Shown: one piece after another, positions 1 through 10,248 of the stretch
Layout: each line of letters opens with the position of its first letter
Numbering within the stretch: position 1 is the stretch's first letter
Source of the DNA: Obrimoposthia wandeli
Taxonomy: Eukaryota
DNA length: 64,000 bases
Reading direction: 5' to 3'
Assembly: GCA_977020255.1 (NCBI GenBank)
Contig: CDROCS010001764.1
Location: forward strand, 1-64,000
Made by a program: the position numbers and the translations under genes
Notes under the pieces: model-generated
The model's input: only the letters and a program-made list of their open reading frames with translations
What the model was told of the DNA's origin: nothing
The model's database searches: none

Positions 1-403
1 GCTGAACACTACCCACAGTTATGCGGAAATGGGCGTCCAAGCTTACTCTGTTTCTACCGATACGCACTTCACTCACAAAGCATGGCACGATAGTTCAGAG
101 ACTATCAAGATGATCAACTTCCCTATGCTAGCCGATCCTACAGGCAAGCTGAGCCGTAATTTCGGCGTACTAATAGAAGAAGAAGGATTAGCGCTGCGCG
201 GTACTTTTGTGGTTAATCCCGAAGGCGAAATTAAGGTCGCTGAAATTCACGACTTAGGTATTGGCCGCTCGGCAAAAGAGCTCGTTCGTAAAATTCAAGC
301 AGCTCAGTATGTTGCCAGCCACGATGGTGAAGTATGTCCAGCCGCTTGGCAACCGGGCGAAGCTACTTTGGCTCCATCATTAGACCTTGTTGGAAAAATC
401 TAG
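1..403 (+). CDS. ahpC: Alkyl hydroperoxide reductase subunit C (peroxiredoxin), 5' part outside window; apparent 1-nt indel near 22-28
   Basis: YSVSTDTHFTHKAWH, GEVCPAAW (resolving Cys), C-terminal SLDLVGKI. Frame 1 reads AEHYPQL before switching to the frame of MGVQAY. Confidence 0.95.
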   Translation, partial: LNTTHSYAEMGVQAYSVSTDTHFTHKAWHDSSETIKMINFPMLADPTGKLSRNFGVLIEEEGLALRGTFVVNPEGEIKVAEIHDLGIGRSAKELVRKIQAAQYVASHDGEVCPAAWQPGEATLAPSLDLVGKI

Positions 404-460
404 AACGGATGCGGCGAGTACTGCTCGTCGCGCTTGTAACGACACAGCTTAGGTGGCCTT

Positions 461-2050
461 ATGTTAGATCAAAAAATTCTGCAGCAACTCGAACAACACT
501 TCACTCAGCTCAAGCAGCCGGTCGTTTTAACGCTCAATTTAGATCAGAGCACCAAAGCGAGTGAACTGGAAAAAATGACTCAACAGCTAGCAGCGCTCTC
601 TCCATTATTGAGCGTTGCCAATAGCAGTGACCACAAAGTACGTGCGCCATCGCTAGCGCTTTCATTATCGGAAGATGTCCCACGTATATATTTTAATGGC
701 GTACCTTCTGGACACGAATTTAGCTCCCTAATATTGGCTATATTACAGGTCGGTGGCCACGCGCCTAATGTCGAGCAAGCCAAGCTTGATGCTATCAAAA
801 ACATCGCCACCGCCGAGCGCCCTCTGGCTTTTATCAGCTACATTTCACTGAGCTGCCAAACTTGCCCGGCCGTCGTCCAAGCACTCAATCTCTTAGCCCA
901 ACAAAATTCGTACATCAGCCATAACATGGTTGATGGCAGTGTTTTTGACGAAGAAGTCACCAAAAAAAACATATTAGCTGTACCCAGTGTTTACCTCAAT
1001 GAGCAGCTGTTCAGCCAAGGCGCGATCAAGCTTGAAGGTATTTTAGACAAACTCGACAATCAGAGCAGTGAAAAGCGTGCCGTTGAATTGAGTACGCGTC
1101 AACCTTACGACGTCATTATTATTGGCGGTGGTCCAGCTGGCGCCAGTGCCGCAATCTACAGCGCGCGTAAAGGCTTGCGCACCGCGATAGTTGCAGAGCG
1201 CTTTGGCGGTCAAGTGATGGATACCATGAGTATTGAAAATTTCATTTCAGTGCAACAAACACAAGGCCCACAACTGGCAGCTAGTTTAGAGCAGCATGTT
1301 TTACAGTACGATGTAGACATTATTGATCAACAGCGAGTTGCTCAATTAACGCCAGTATCACAGAGCCATTCAAATTACGCCGAACTCGTCTTAGACAGCG
1401 GTGCTGAACTCAAAGCGAATGCGATCATCTTGGCCACTGGCGCGCGTTGGCGTGAGATGCAAGTACCGGGCGAGCAACAATATCGCGGTCATGGCGTCGC
1501 CTATTGTCCACACTGTGACGGACCTTTATTCAAAGGTAAAGATGTCGCGGTGATTGGTGGCGGTAACTCTGGCATCGAAGCCGCGATTGATCTAGCGGGT
1601 ATCGTCAACAAAGTGACCGTGCTGGAATTTTCCGATACTTTGCGTGCCGACGAGGTACTGATCAACAAAGCTCAGTCGATGGACAATATCGAGATTATCC
1701 GTAGTGCGCAAACTAGCGAAGTATTAGGCGATGGCGATAAAGTCACCGGTCTAACTTACCTCGATCGTCGCAATGGCAGTACAGGGCAAGTGAACGTCGC
1801 AGGTATTTTTGTCCAGATCGGATTAATACCCAACAGTGAGTTTTCGCGAGCAAATAAACTGTAATTCGCGCGGCGAAATAATTGTCGACAGTGCCGGACA
1901 AACTTCCATCCCCGGTATTTTTGGCGCCGGAGATGTCACGGATAATATCAAACAAATCATCGCAATGGGCACTGAGCAACCGCTGTGTCTGGGTGCCTTG
2001 ACTATAGATTGCGCTGCTGACCTCCTGATGCAGCCGCCGCATAGGTTAAG
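461..2050 (+). CDS. ahpF: Alkyl hydroperoxide reductase subunit F; 3' end frameshifted, end coordinate approximate
   Basis: NTD CQTC, GGGPAG and GGGNSG nucleotide-binding motifs, YCPHCDG redox centre. The C-terminus (SRGEIIVD...[13 protein letters not shown]...KQI) continues in the 1836..2102 frame. Directly follows ahpC. Confidence 0.9.
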
Positions 2051-2113
2051 CTCAATTAGGCAAAAGTCGATTTCCACTAGAATCGACTTTTATTTTGCGT
2101 GAGAAGCTAAGCT

Positions 2114-2859
2114 GTGAAAATCACTGCCAATATTATTACCTTAAACGAAGAGAGCAACATTGCCGCAGTGATTTCATCTGTGCAGCAAGTCTGTGACGAA
2201 GTATTGGTTGTCGACTCAATGAGCAGTGACAAAACCTGTGACATAGCGCGCGAGATGGGAGCAAAAGTGGTACTGCAACCCTACTTGGGTGATGGGCCGC
2301 AAAAAGCGTTTGGTGAACCATTAGCTGAACACGATTGGGTACTCAGCATCGATGCTGACGAGCGCTTAGACACTAACGCCATCGCCGCAATTAAAGCGCT
2401 AGACTTAGCAACAACACATACGATAGTTTCTTTGCTCGTAAAACCTTTTGTCGGTGACAACTACATCAAGCTTTGGTACCCGACAGAGTCACTCGGCTCT
2501 ACAATCGTAAAAAGGCCAGCTATTCGACAGAAATTGGCCACGCTAAAGTGTTGTGTAGTAACACATTCGCCCTTCCCGTTGATATGCTGCACTATTCTTA
2601 CACTGATTATGCACATATGATCCGCACCAGTGAAAAATTTATTACTCGCGGTGCCAAAATGGCCATTGCGGCAGGAAAACACGCCAATGCAATGTCTCCT
2701 TTCACTCACGGCTTTGCCGCGCTATTAAAAGCGCTAGTCTTTAAAGGTGGGGCTTTTCATGGGATTCACGGCTGGAACGTTGCTTGTGTCTCCGCTTTTA
2801 GCGCCTATATGAAGTACGCCATTATGCTAGAAATGCAAAAAGATAAAGCCGCAAAATAG
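2114..2859 (+). CDS. Glycosyltransferase family 2 (WaaE/KdtX-like, probably LPS biosynthesis), split over two frames
   Basis: IITLNEE, VVDSMSSDKT and WVLSIDADE (DxD) in 2114..2620; PDRVTRLYNR and MLHYSY in the 2473..2859 frame. Confidence 0.8.
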
Positions 2860-2918
2860 GCTGTTTATCGAAGTTGTAAGTTTTGTTGGTATTGCACATT
2901 CATATTTCCGTAAGCCAT

Positions 2919-2945
2919 AAAAAAACGCGCCTGTGTAGCGCGTTT
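2919..2945 (-). terminator. Rho-independent terminator downstream of ridA
   Basis: Stem AAACGCGC/GCGCGTTT, 7-nt loop, A7 run giving a U-tract on the minus strand. Confidence 0.7.
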
Positions 2946-2966
2946 AAATGTACTCTAAATACTCTT

Positions 2967-3314
2967 TCAGTATGCGGCAGTCACGGTAAACTCGACCAGT
3001 AAATCGGGACGAGCCATGCGTGCTTCAACACAGGCGCGTGCTGGCTTAGGGCAATCAGCTACCCAGGCGTCCCACACGGCATTCATCGCAGCAAAATCTT
3101 TCATATCACGCACATAAATAGTGACCGACAGCAATTGCTCTTTACTGCTGCCCGCTTCTTTTAGTAATTCTTCAACTTTGACCAAGCAACGCTGTGTTTG
3201 CTCCGTCATATCCCACATAGGGTCGCATGCGGTCTGGCCACACAGATAAACAGTATTGTTGTGCTTTACTATTTTACTCATACGTTCGGTAGAGCCAATG
3301 CGTTCGATATTCAT
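2967..3314 (-). CDS. RidA/YjgF family (YoaB/Rid2-like) imine deaminase, copy 1
   Basis: [26 protein letters not shown] (catalytic Arg), LLVEF. Confidence 0.9.
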   Translation of the reverse strand: MNIERIGSTERMSKIVKHNNTVYLCGQTACDPMWDMTEQTQRCLVKVEELLKEAGSSKEQLLSVTIYVRDMKDFAAMNAVWDAWVADCPKPARACVEARMARPDLLVEFTVTAAY

Positions 3315-3336
3315 TTCAAATCCTCTTTCTTAATAA

Positions 3337-3590
3337 TTACAATACTTTACGGTCAAATCTATCTACTCTAAAGGCAGACAGATCAAATGTCGATCTACCC
3401 TCGGTAATTAGCTGGCTAATAATTTTCCCCACAACAGGCCCCATTTGAAGCCATGCTGAAAAACCGAAAGCATGGAAAGCATTTTCCGCATTCGAGCTGG
3501 GGCCGATCACTGGTAAATTATCTGGCATGTAGGCCTCAAGTCCGGCCCACATTCGGTTAAATATGATTTTTGTGGAGTGATCGTACCCGC
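3337..3590 (-). pseudogene. 3' fragment of an FAD-dependent oxidoreductase (DadA/glycine oxidase-like)
   Basis: NRMWAGLEAYMPDNLPVIG...AFGFSA..QMGPVVG...FRVDRF is the C-terminal motif set of the DAO family. No N-terminal GxGxxG region is present. Confidence 0.75.
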
Positions 3591-3606
3591 TCTATTTCTG
3601 AAGTAA

Positions 3607-3894
3607 CTAAAGCGCGGGTTTGAATTACGTAATTTTCAGCCTGCTTTGACCTTATTTGAAGAAGGGTTGTGCTATTGTATTTGCGATCCTATTTCCGCTG
3701 CCAACTACTTCAATTATCAACAACATAACGGGGCGTTAACGTTCAGACCTTTCACTCCAACGGTGCCTTTACTTCTCTCAATTTTGCAGCCCGCTCACCG
3801 CCCTGCATCCCTTCTCACTTCGGCATTTACTCAACAATTAACCGAACAGGTGATAAGTTTAGATAGGCAGTTTAAAAATGCGGAGTTTATCTAG
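3607..3894 (+). pseudogene. 3' fragment of a LysR-type regulator (substrate-binding domain end)
   Basis: FELR....LTLFEEGL..CICDP...FRPFTPTVP...LQPAHRPAS resembles a LysR C-terminus. No HTH upstream; in-frame stop at 3604. Confidence 0.6.
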
Positions 3895-3950
3895 AAGGCT
3901 GTCGAATTCATTGTTAGGTGGCTGCAAAAAAGCAGGATTAGGCAGGGGAG

Positions 3951-3977
3951 TCGAGTTAGATCACCGATCAAACTCGA
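3951..3977. terminator. Hairpin between the convergent LysR fragment and ridA copy 2
   Basis: TCGAGTT-A-GATC-ACC-GATC-A-AACTCGA inverted repeat; no clear U-tract. Confidence 0.35.
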
Positions 3978-4012
3978 AGTATCTCTTGATAATAAAACTC
4001 AAAAGCTCAGTA

Positions 4013-4363
4013 CTAATATGCGGCAGTAACGGTCAATTCAACCAGTAATTCTTGGCGTGCCATGCGTGCTTCAACACAAGCGCGTGCCGGTTTAGGGCTG
4101 TCGGCAAGCCAAGCGCCCCACACTACATTCATCGCTGCAAAATCTTTCATGTCACGCAGGTAAATGGTGACCGATAACAATTGATCCTTACCACTTTGCG
4201 CTTCTTCGAGTAGAGCATCTATTTTATCTAGGCAGCTCTGGGTTTGCTCGGCTATCCCCTGTGATGGGTCACTCGCCACCTGACCACACAAATAAACAGT
4301 GTGATTATGTTTTACAATTTTACTTGAGCGTTCCGTTGAACCACTGCGCTGAATTTCCATCAA
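4013..4363 (-). CDS. RidA/YjgF family (YoaB/Rid2-like), copy 2
   Basis: Same motifs as copy 1; about 75% identical to it by hand count (29 differences over 115 aa). Confidence 0.9.
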   Translation of the reverse strand: MMEIQRSGSTERSSKIVKHNHTVYLCGQVASDPSQGIAEQTQSCLDKIDALLEEAQSGKDQLLSVTIYLRDMKDFAAMNVVWGAWLADSPKPARACVEARMARQELLVELTVTAAY

Positions 4364-4573
4364 TATTTACCTGTATCAAGCTAAAGACATCACTCTATTA
4401 TTAAGCGCTTTGAATGTCGACCACTGTCGAGTAAAAGCACTTGAGTATGTTTTATCGCTCGATAAGAAAGCTTTATCCGATGATCAATTATCATTTTTTC
4501 TTCTAAGGGCACTACACTCTAGTGGCCTGTTACCCCAATGTTAACCCTCAACTTCGCACTGAAATGGGGCCCC

Positions 4574-4602
4574 GCTGAAGCAGCAACACCCGCTACTTCA
4601 GC
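4574..4602 (-). terminator. Hairpin 3' of puuD
   Basis: GCTGAAG(C)AGC...GCT(A)CTTCAGC inverted repeat about 25 nt past the puuD stop. Confidence 0.35.
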
Positions 4603-4626
4603 TCACTTATTATTTGAAGAAAACAT

Positions 4627-5826
4627 CTATTTTAGCTTTGCCCCTTCAATGATCCATTGACCCAATGTGTCACGCTCCTGCTGTGTCATTTGAGTTAGAT
4701 TACCCAATGGCATGATCGCAGTAGTGATCGCCTGTGCTTGTATTTGAGCCGCCTGCTGTTGTATTTGCAAAGGTGTATCAAACATCACACCCGCAGGCGC
4801 TGAAGAGAAAGCGGCACTGCTAGGCGTTTGCGAATGACAAACCGTGCAGCGCTCTGCAATGATTGGCTGTACTTGAGTGAAACTGGTTTGCTGCACTACT
4901 GGTGTTATTTTTTTATTTGGCGCCACCACAAAAGCCAGAGATATCATTCCCAAAGCAGCGACAGGGAGTGCCCAGGCAAAAGTCTTTCCCTGATGACGAG
5001 TATTAAAATAGTGACGCACCAAAATACTCAACACAGCCAATACCGCAAGTACCGCCCAGTTGTATTCGTGACCAAAGGTGCTGGGAAAGTGATTACTGAT
5101 CATAATAAACAGCACCGGTAGGGTGAAATAGTTGTTATGTCGTGATCGTAATAATCCCTTAGCAGGTAATGACGGATCGGGTTGATCCCCAGCTTCTATG
5201 GCCCTGACAAGTGCACGTTGTGCTGGCATGATAACGGCAAATACGTTACCTACCATTATGGTACCTATAATTGCGCCGACATGAATAAAAGCGCCGCGCC
5301 CGCTGAAGATCAAAGACAGTCCCCAAGCCGTCAATACCAGTAAAATAAACAGAATAACGCCCAACAATAGCGGCTTTTTACCCAGTGCGGAATCGCAGAG
5401 AAAGCTATAGATAAACCAGCCGGCGATAATACTGCCAAGACCGATAGCTATCGCCGATAAGCTGGACAATCCAGAACCTGGCGCCACCAAGTAAAGCTGT
5501 GCGTTTAAATAGTAAACAACACCCATCAACAGCATACCGGTTAGCCAGGTTGAATATGCTTCCCATTTAAACCAGTGCAGCGTTTCAGGCATTTTTTCGG
5601 GCGCTAGCTTGTACTTTTCCAGATGATAGATACCACCGCCGTGAATTGCCCACAAATCACCGGCCAGCCCGTCCCGAGGGTTGCGTCTATCTAGATGGTT
5701 TTCCAACCAGACAAAGTAGAATGATGCACCTATCCATGCGACACCTGTAATCATGTGCCCCCAGCGAATCACTAAATTTAGCCACTCTGTGACATGCGGA
5801 TCCATATCGATACTCCTAGCGCTCAA
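4627..5826 (-). CDS. puuD: Urate hydroxylase PuuD (membrane DUF989 domain plus C-terminal cytochrome c)
   Basis: WGHMITGVAWIGASFYF, WFKWEAY, RSRHNNYFTLPV, C-terminal CTVCH haem motif and MPLGNLTQMT; lies in the purine cluster. Confidence 0.92.
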   Translation of the reverse strand: MSARSIDMDPHVTEWLNLVIRWGHMITGVAWIGASFYFVWLENHLDRRNPRDGLAGDLWAIHGGGIYHLEKYKLAPEKMPETLHWFKWEAYSTWLTGMLLMGVVYYLNAQLYLVAPGSGLSSLSAIAIGLGSIIAGWFIYSFLCDSALGKKPLLLGVILFILLVLTAWGLSLIFSGRGAFIHVGAIIGTIMVGNVFAVIMPAQRALVRAIEAGDQPDPSLPAKGLLRSRHNNYFTLPVLFIMISNHFPSTFGHEYNWAVLAVLAVLSILVRHYFNTRHQGKTFAWALPVAALGMISLAFVVAPNKKITPVVQQTSFTQVQPIIAERCTVCHSQTPSSAAFSSAPAGVMFDTPLQIQQQAAQIQAQAITTAIMPLGNLTQMTQQERDTLGQWIIEGAKLK

Positions 5827-5883
5827 CGTAAGTTGAGCATGTTTTTTTATTATTTATGGTTCAAGGTAAATTGAGCATGTTTT

Positions 5884-6384
5884 TTAACACTCAAAAAGCG
5901 TTATTTGCTCATCCTCAGTGAAAAAGTGCTCGTCACAATTATTGCCCTCTCCCAAGCGATCTATAACCAAAAAATCATCCTCACTAGCACAGCTGATGAT
6001 TGGGTGATGCCATACCCCCATATGATAATTAACACCCTGATCGGCTCTAACGGTAAAAGCCCGTAAACTATCGATGCTCGGCGGCTCCCCTGCGGGAGCC
6101 ACAACAATAATAAAAGGTTGCCCTTTTAAAGGGATAAACGCCTGACTTCCCTTGGGATGCCGCTCCATCATCTTAATGTGCAACGGCATTGGTAACGCTG
6201 TAGCGCGAAATATATTGATAATCGCTTTGTCCGCCGCTTCACTGAGACCGACTTCTGCCAAGTGGTGATAGCGCTTCGTTGAACCGCCATTGATAGCAAA
6301 GTAGTCACGCGCTTCAGTTTCTATCACATCGCCAAAAGGCGCGAATGCTTCAGCACTCAATGGTTGAGGGATTAGCTTTTTCAT
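5884..6384 (-). CDS. allA: Ureidoglycolate lyase
   Basis: FAPFGDVIE, MMERHPKGSQAFIP, GVNYHMGVWHHP, FLVIDR. Confidence 0.92.
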   Translation of the reverse strand: MKKLIPQPLSAEAFAPFGDVIETEARDYFAINGGSTKRYHHLAEVGLSEAADKAIINIFRATALPMPLHIKMMERHPKGSQAFIPLKGQPFIIVVAPAGEPPSIDSLRAFTVRADQGVNYHMGVWHHPIISCASEDDFLVIDRLGEGNNCDEHFFTEDEQITLFEC

Positions 6385-6391
6385 CTGTTAT

Positions 6392-7387
6392 TCACACCTT
6401 TACCTTACCGAACAAACGCAGGCGACTGACACCGCCATCGGGGAATATATTGAGTCGCACATGGGTAATTGGCCCTATATTGTGCAGCTCAGATCTATAC
6501 TCATGTTCCGCGTGCATTTGCAGTTTCTGTGAGGGTAGTAGCTCCTGCCAAAATAAACTTTGCGTCTCAACTTGCTCATCAGTCCCCCCTTTAACGTATG
6601 CGCCTTGTATAGAACAAGAATCGGGATAGTTACCTTTGAAATGGTAAGTATCCACTAAGATATTTTCTATTTCGCCTGGCGCCCCTAGTGCAATGATGAC
6701 CCAGTCGAATCCCGGTGTGCGACGGCGGGCCGTTTCCCAACCATCCCCCATGTTAATACCACGTCCTGGGTTTAGAATATTACGCATTTGTCCGAAGTGC
6801 TCGTCGCTGCATGCGAGAGCGCGCCCACCGTTGAGTGAAGATGCGAGATCCACCAAGGCTGTTTTATCTTCATGCTGCCAATCGCGATAGGCGATACCGT
6901 AAACTTTCAAACGGGCGATACCACCATCGGGGAAAATATTGAAGCGCAAATGACTCCAAGGTGTCTCATTTTCAATAGCATGTAGGTGCTGTGAATTTCC
7001 CTGCAGCGGCACTGCAGCTAGTATTTCAACCCAGACAGTGTGCTCATCCGGCTCGCCATCAGCCATAAAACACGCCTCGATGGAGGCCGAGGGCGGAAAG
7101 TTACCGGTGAAGTAAGCCGTATCTATATCCACGCCTTTGATCACCCCACTGACCCCTAGTTTGAATACCGCACTGTCGTAACCTTCAAAGCGTTTACGTC
7201 GTGACTCCCAGCCATCCATCCATTTGCCGTTATCATCAAATACGCCCTCTTTCCACTCTGGCGGGTGCGGCTGTAACATACGATCTGCTGCTGCAAACCA
7301 ATCATCGGTGACACTCAATACTTTCGCGCCTAAGCGGGCATCCGCTAAGTTAATATACTTCTCAAAATCTGCGTTCACTGCTTGCAC
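6392..7387 (-). CDS. alc: Allantoicase (GTG start)
   Basis: Two repeats: [10 protein letters not shown] and [11 protein letters not shown]; HFKGNYP; RLNIFPDGG twice. Confidence 0.95.
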   Translation of the reverse strand: MQAVNADFEKYINLADARLGAKVLSVTDDWFAAADRMLQPHPPEWKEGVFDDNGKWMDGWESRRKRFEGYDSAVFKLGVSGVIKGVDIDTAYFTGNFPPSASIEACFMADGEPDEHTVWVEILAAVPLQGNSQHLHAIENETPWSHLRFNIFPDGGIARLKVYGIAYRDWQHEDKTALVDLASSLNGGRALACSDEHFGQMRNILNPGRGINMGDGWETARRRTPGFDWVIIALGAPGEIENILVDTYHFKGNYPDSCSIQGAYVKGGTDEQVETQSLFWQELLPSQKLQMHAEHEYRSELHNIGPITHVRLNIFPDGGVSRLRLFGKVKV

Positions 7388-7388
7388 C

Positions 7389-7910
7389 TCAACACTCAGC
7401 CAATCTGAAATCGGCGATTTTATTAATTTCCAACAGCGCCTGAATTAATTCTTCAGCGACACTGTGTTGAATACGCCGCTCAAAGGCCGCGATAATTTGG
7501 TGACGATTACTGCCTTTGACCGCCATGATGAAAGGAAAATCGAATTTGGCCCTATAACTGTGATTAAGCATGTTGAACAGGGCGAATTCTTCTTGGGTGC
7601 ACAAGTGTATCCCAGCCCCCGATTGCTCATCAGTTGACGCTTGGGTAAGCTCACCGGCAATCGCCGCCTTTCCGGCTAAATCAGGGTGAGCGTTTATAAG
7701 TGCTAGCTGTTGTGCCTCAGTTGCTTCACGCAAGACCTTAGCCATCCGCTGCTTCAGCACTTCCCTTTGATCGCAACTACTGTCGAGCCCTTCATCAAAA
7801 ACGCGCTGGGCAATCCAAGGAGAGTGCTCATAAATATCAGAAAATGCTGCCACGAACGCTTCTCTAGCCATTTCACTGGGTCTGCAATGTTGGAAAAAAT
7901 GGATAGTCAT
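7389..7910 (-). CDS. uraD: OHCU decarboxylase
   Basis: [34 protein letters not shown]. Confidence 0.93.
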   Translation of the reverse strand: MTIHFFQHCRPSEMAREAFVAAFSDIYEHSPWIAQRVFDEGLDSSCDQREVLKQRMAKVLREATEAQQLALINAHPDLAGKAAIAGELTQASTDEQSGAGIHLCTQEEFALFNMLNHSYRAKFDFPFIMAVKGSNRHQIIAAFERRIQHSVAEELIQALLEINKIADFRLAEC

Positions 7911-7918
7911 ATTTCCTC

Positions 7919-8830
7919 CTAACCCTTATACGGGTGGGTTTGGTACCAATGTCTGGCGATATCAACCCGTCGACAAAGCCATACGTGTGGGTGCTGCGCA
8001 ACATACTCGATAAACCGAGTCAGTGCAGCTACTCGCCCAGGCCGACCGGCTAAGCGACAATGTAAGCCAATTGACATCATTTTAGGGGCGCTTTCACCTT
8101 CACTATACAATGTGTCAAAGCTATCTTTAAGGTACTGGTAAAATTGCTCACCACTGTTAAAGCCCTGTTGCGTCGCAAAACGCATATCGTTGATGTCTAA
8201 AGTGTAGGGAATAACTAAATGGCCTTTACCATTATTGTCCACCCAATAGGGCAGGTCATCATCGTAGGCATCACTATCGTAGAGGAAGCCCCCTTCCTGC
8301 ATCACCAAATCCCGAGTATTAGGACTATTGCGACCCGTGTACCAGCCCAGTGGACGCTCACCCGTCACTTGACGAATGATTTCAACAGCGCGTTCCAAAT
8401 CCGTGCGCTCTTGTTCAGGTTCCACATATTGATAATCGATCCAACGATAACCGTGACTACATATTTCATGTCCCGCCTGCGTCATTGCATGCGCAACTTC
8501 GGGATGACGCTCCAGCGCCATTGCCACGGCAAAAACAGTTAGCGGCACACTGTGTTTTTCAAAGAGCCTAAGCAGTCGCCAAACCCCGGCCCGACTACCG
8601 TATTCATAACATGATTCCATGCTCATGTTACGCACGCCAGATAGCGCTTGTGCACCTGGCATTTCCGAGAGAAAGGCTTCAGATTCACTGTCGCCGTGCA
8701 ATATATTGCGCTCACCTCCCTCTTCGTAATTAAGGACAAAAGAAAGAGCTATACGTGCGCCTTTTGGCCACTTAGGATCGAAGCCTGCAGCGCCATAGCC
8801 GATTAAATTACGGGGATAATCTTCATTCAA
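7919..8830 (-). CDS. puuE: Allantoinase PuuE (polysaccharide deacetylase fold)
   Basis: YPRNLIGYG, FVLNYEEGGE, YEYGSRAG, HGYRW, LHCRLAGRPGR. Confidence 0.95.
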   Translation of the reverse strand: MNEDYPRNLIGYGAAGFDPKWPKGARIALSFVLNYEEGGERNILHGDSESEAFLSEMPGAQALSGVRNMSMESCYEYGSRAGVWRLLRLFEKHSVPLTVFAVAMALERHPEVAHAMTQAGHEICSHGYRWIDYQYVEPEQERTDLERAVEIIRQVTGERPLGWYTGRNSPNTRDLVMQEGGFLYDSDAYDDDLPYWVDNNGKGHLVIPYTLDINDMRFATQQGFNSGEQFYQYLKDSFDTLYSEGESAPKMMSIGLHCRLAGRPGRVAALTRFIEYVAQHPHVWLCRRVDIARHWYQTHPYKG

Positions 8831-8883
8831 AACCCTACTCCTGTACGTAAATAATCCTTAAAATATAGCCGTGATTTTATTAA

Positions 8884-8893
8884 TTGTATACAA
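8884..8893. promoter_or_regulatory. GntR/FadR-type operator candidate 1
   Basis: Perfect palindrome TTGTATACAA in the divergent puuE/uraH spacer. Confidence 0.6.
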
Positions 8894-8959
8894 AAAAATC
8901 TAACATAAGACCAATATATGGGATTAGCAGGGAAAAACAGGATTAATTTCTATAAAGCT

Positions 8960-8969
8960 GTGTATACAA
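8960..8969. promoter_or_regulatory. GntR/FadR-type operator candidate 2
   Basis: GTGTATACAA, one mismatch to site 1, in the same spacer. Confidence 0.55.
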
Positions 8970-9059
8970 TAATTTGGCTATTGCTCGCTCAACAACTTTT
9001 GTTCTATAGTCGTTAGACGTTTGGTCATTTCAAGGAGAGTGCCACTGGCACAACATATT

Positions 9060-9410
9060 ATGGGACGTTTAACGACACATGTTTTAGATACCGCCAACGG
9101 CTGCCCCGGCGCCATAATCAGCGTATCGCTCTTTCGTATCGGCGACAAGCGTCAGCTGTTGACTCAAGTATTAACCAACAGTGATGGCCGTTGTGATCGC
9201 CCACTGCTGGAAGACGACGCCTTTGTTAAAGGGAAGTACGAGTTAGTCTTTGAAATCGGCGACTACTATCGCAACCTAGGGTGTAAATTGGATGAGCCCG
9301 CTTTTCTCGATGATATTGTCATTCGCTTCTCCATAGCCCAAGAAACCCAGCACTATCACGTGCCTCTGCTCGTCTCACCCTACAGTTACTCTACCTATAG
9401 AGGCAGTTAA
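9060..9410 (+). CDS. uraH: 5-hydroxyisourate hydrolase (transthyretin-like); ATG at 9060 preferred over the ORF-track start 9021
   Basis: LTTHVLD, TNSDGR, HYHVPLL, C-terminal YRGS signature. Confidence 0.95.
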   Translation: MGRLTTHVLDTANGCPGAIISVSLFRIGDKRQLLTQVLTNSDGRCDRPLLEDDAFVKGKYELVFEIGDYYRNLGCKLDEPAFLDDIVIRFSIAQETQHYHVPLLVSPYSYSTYRGS

Positions 9411-9546
9411 CCTTAGGGCAGCGCCCTTCTCTTACAGCCGTATTATTGATAGAGTGCAATGCGCATCGAGGGTATCGTGAAAATAGTCAACACAGTTCTC
9501 GTTAAACACCCTCATTCACTATTAGCGAATAGCAAAGGCACCTTCT

Positions 9547-10248
9547 GTGGCAGCTAAAGATTCAGAGCTTAAAAGTACCCAAGACGATATTGTTTACGCA
9601 CACATTTTTGATGCTATTCTAGAGCAGCGACTAGCGCCTGGCACCAAGCTTAACGAAGAGTCCCTCGCTGAAATTTTTAGCGTTAGCCGCACCATCATTC
9701 GCCGTGCGCTTTCACGCTTGAGTTACGAGCAAGTCGTTGTGCAAAAACCCAATAAAGGCTCGACTGTCGCCAATCCCAGCACTGCACAAGCCCGACAAAT
9801 TGTCTTTGCCCGTCGCGTGGTTGAAAAAGCAATTATTGAGTTAGTTGTCGATAAAGCTAATGCCAAACAGATTGAGCAACTGCGCTCACTTGTCGACCTT
9901 GAACAGCAAAGCTTTACCAAGGGAGATAGAGGTACCGGCATCCGTCTGTCCGGTGAGTTCCACCTGTTGTTAGCAAATATAGCCGATAATCCGCCGTTAC
10001 TGAGTTTTCAGCGTAGCTTAGTTTCCCAAGGGTCCTTGATTATCGCGCAATATGAGAGCGATACGCAGGTTCACTGCTCTTACGCTGAGCACTTCGCGTT
10101 GATAGATGCGATAGCGCAAGGCAACAAAACGCAAGCGATCACTTTGATGATGCACCACCTCGATCACATCGAAAACAAACTTATCCTCGAAGACGAAAGC
10201 ACCAGTAAAGATCTAAAATCTGTTTTTTCCAATGTGACCAAAAAATAG
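9547..10248 (+). CDS. GntR-family regulator (FCD domain) of the purine cluster
   Basis: N-terminal wHTH (PGTKLNEESLAEIFSVSRTIIR), FCD motifs (EFHLLL, EHFALIDAI). Confidence 0.88.
   Translation: MAAKDSELKSTQDDIVYAHIFDAILEQRLAPGTKLNEESLAEIFSVSRTIIRRALSRLSYEQVVVQKPNKGSTVANPSTAQARQIVFARRVVEKAIIELVVDKANAKQIEQLRSLVDLEQQSFTKGDRGTGIRLSGEFHLLLANIADNPPLLSFQRSLVSQGSLIIAQYESDTQVHCSYAEHFALIDAIAQGNKTQAITLMMHHLDHIENKLILEDESTSKDLKSVFSNVTKK

Noticed and set aside
1836-2102. Programmed ribosomal frameshift or separate small thioredoxin-reductase-like ORF at the ahpF 3' end
   Set aside because: Several shifts are needed to rebuild the AhpF C-terminus and neighbouring genes also have indels; sequencing error is more parsimonious.
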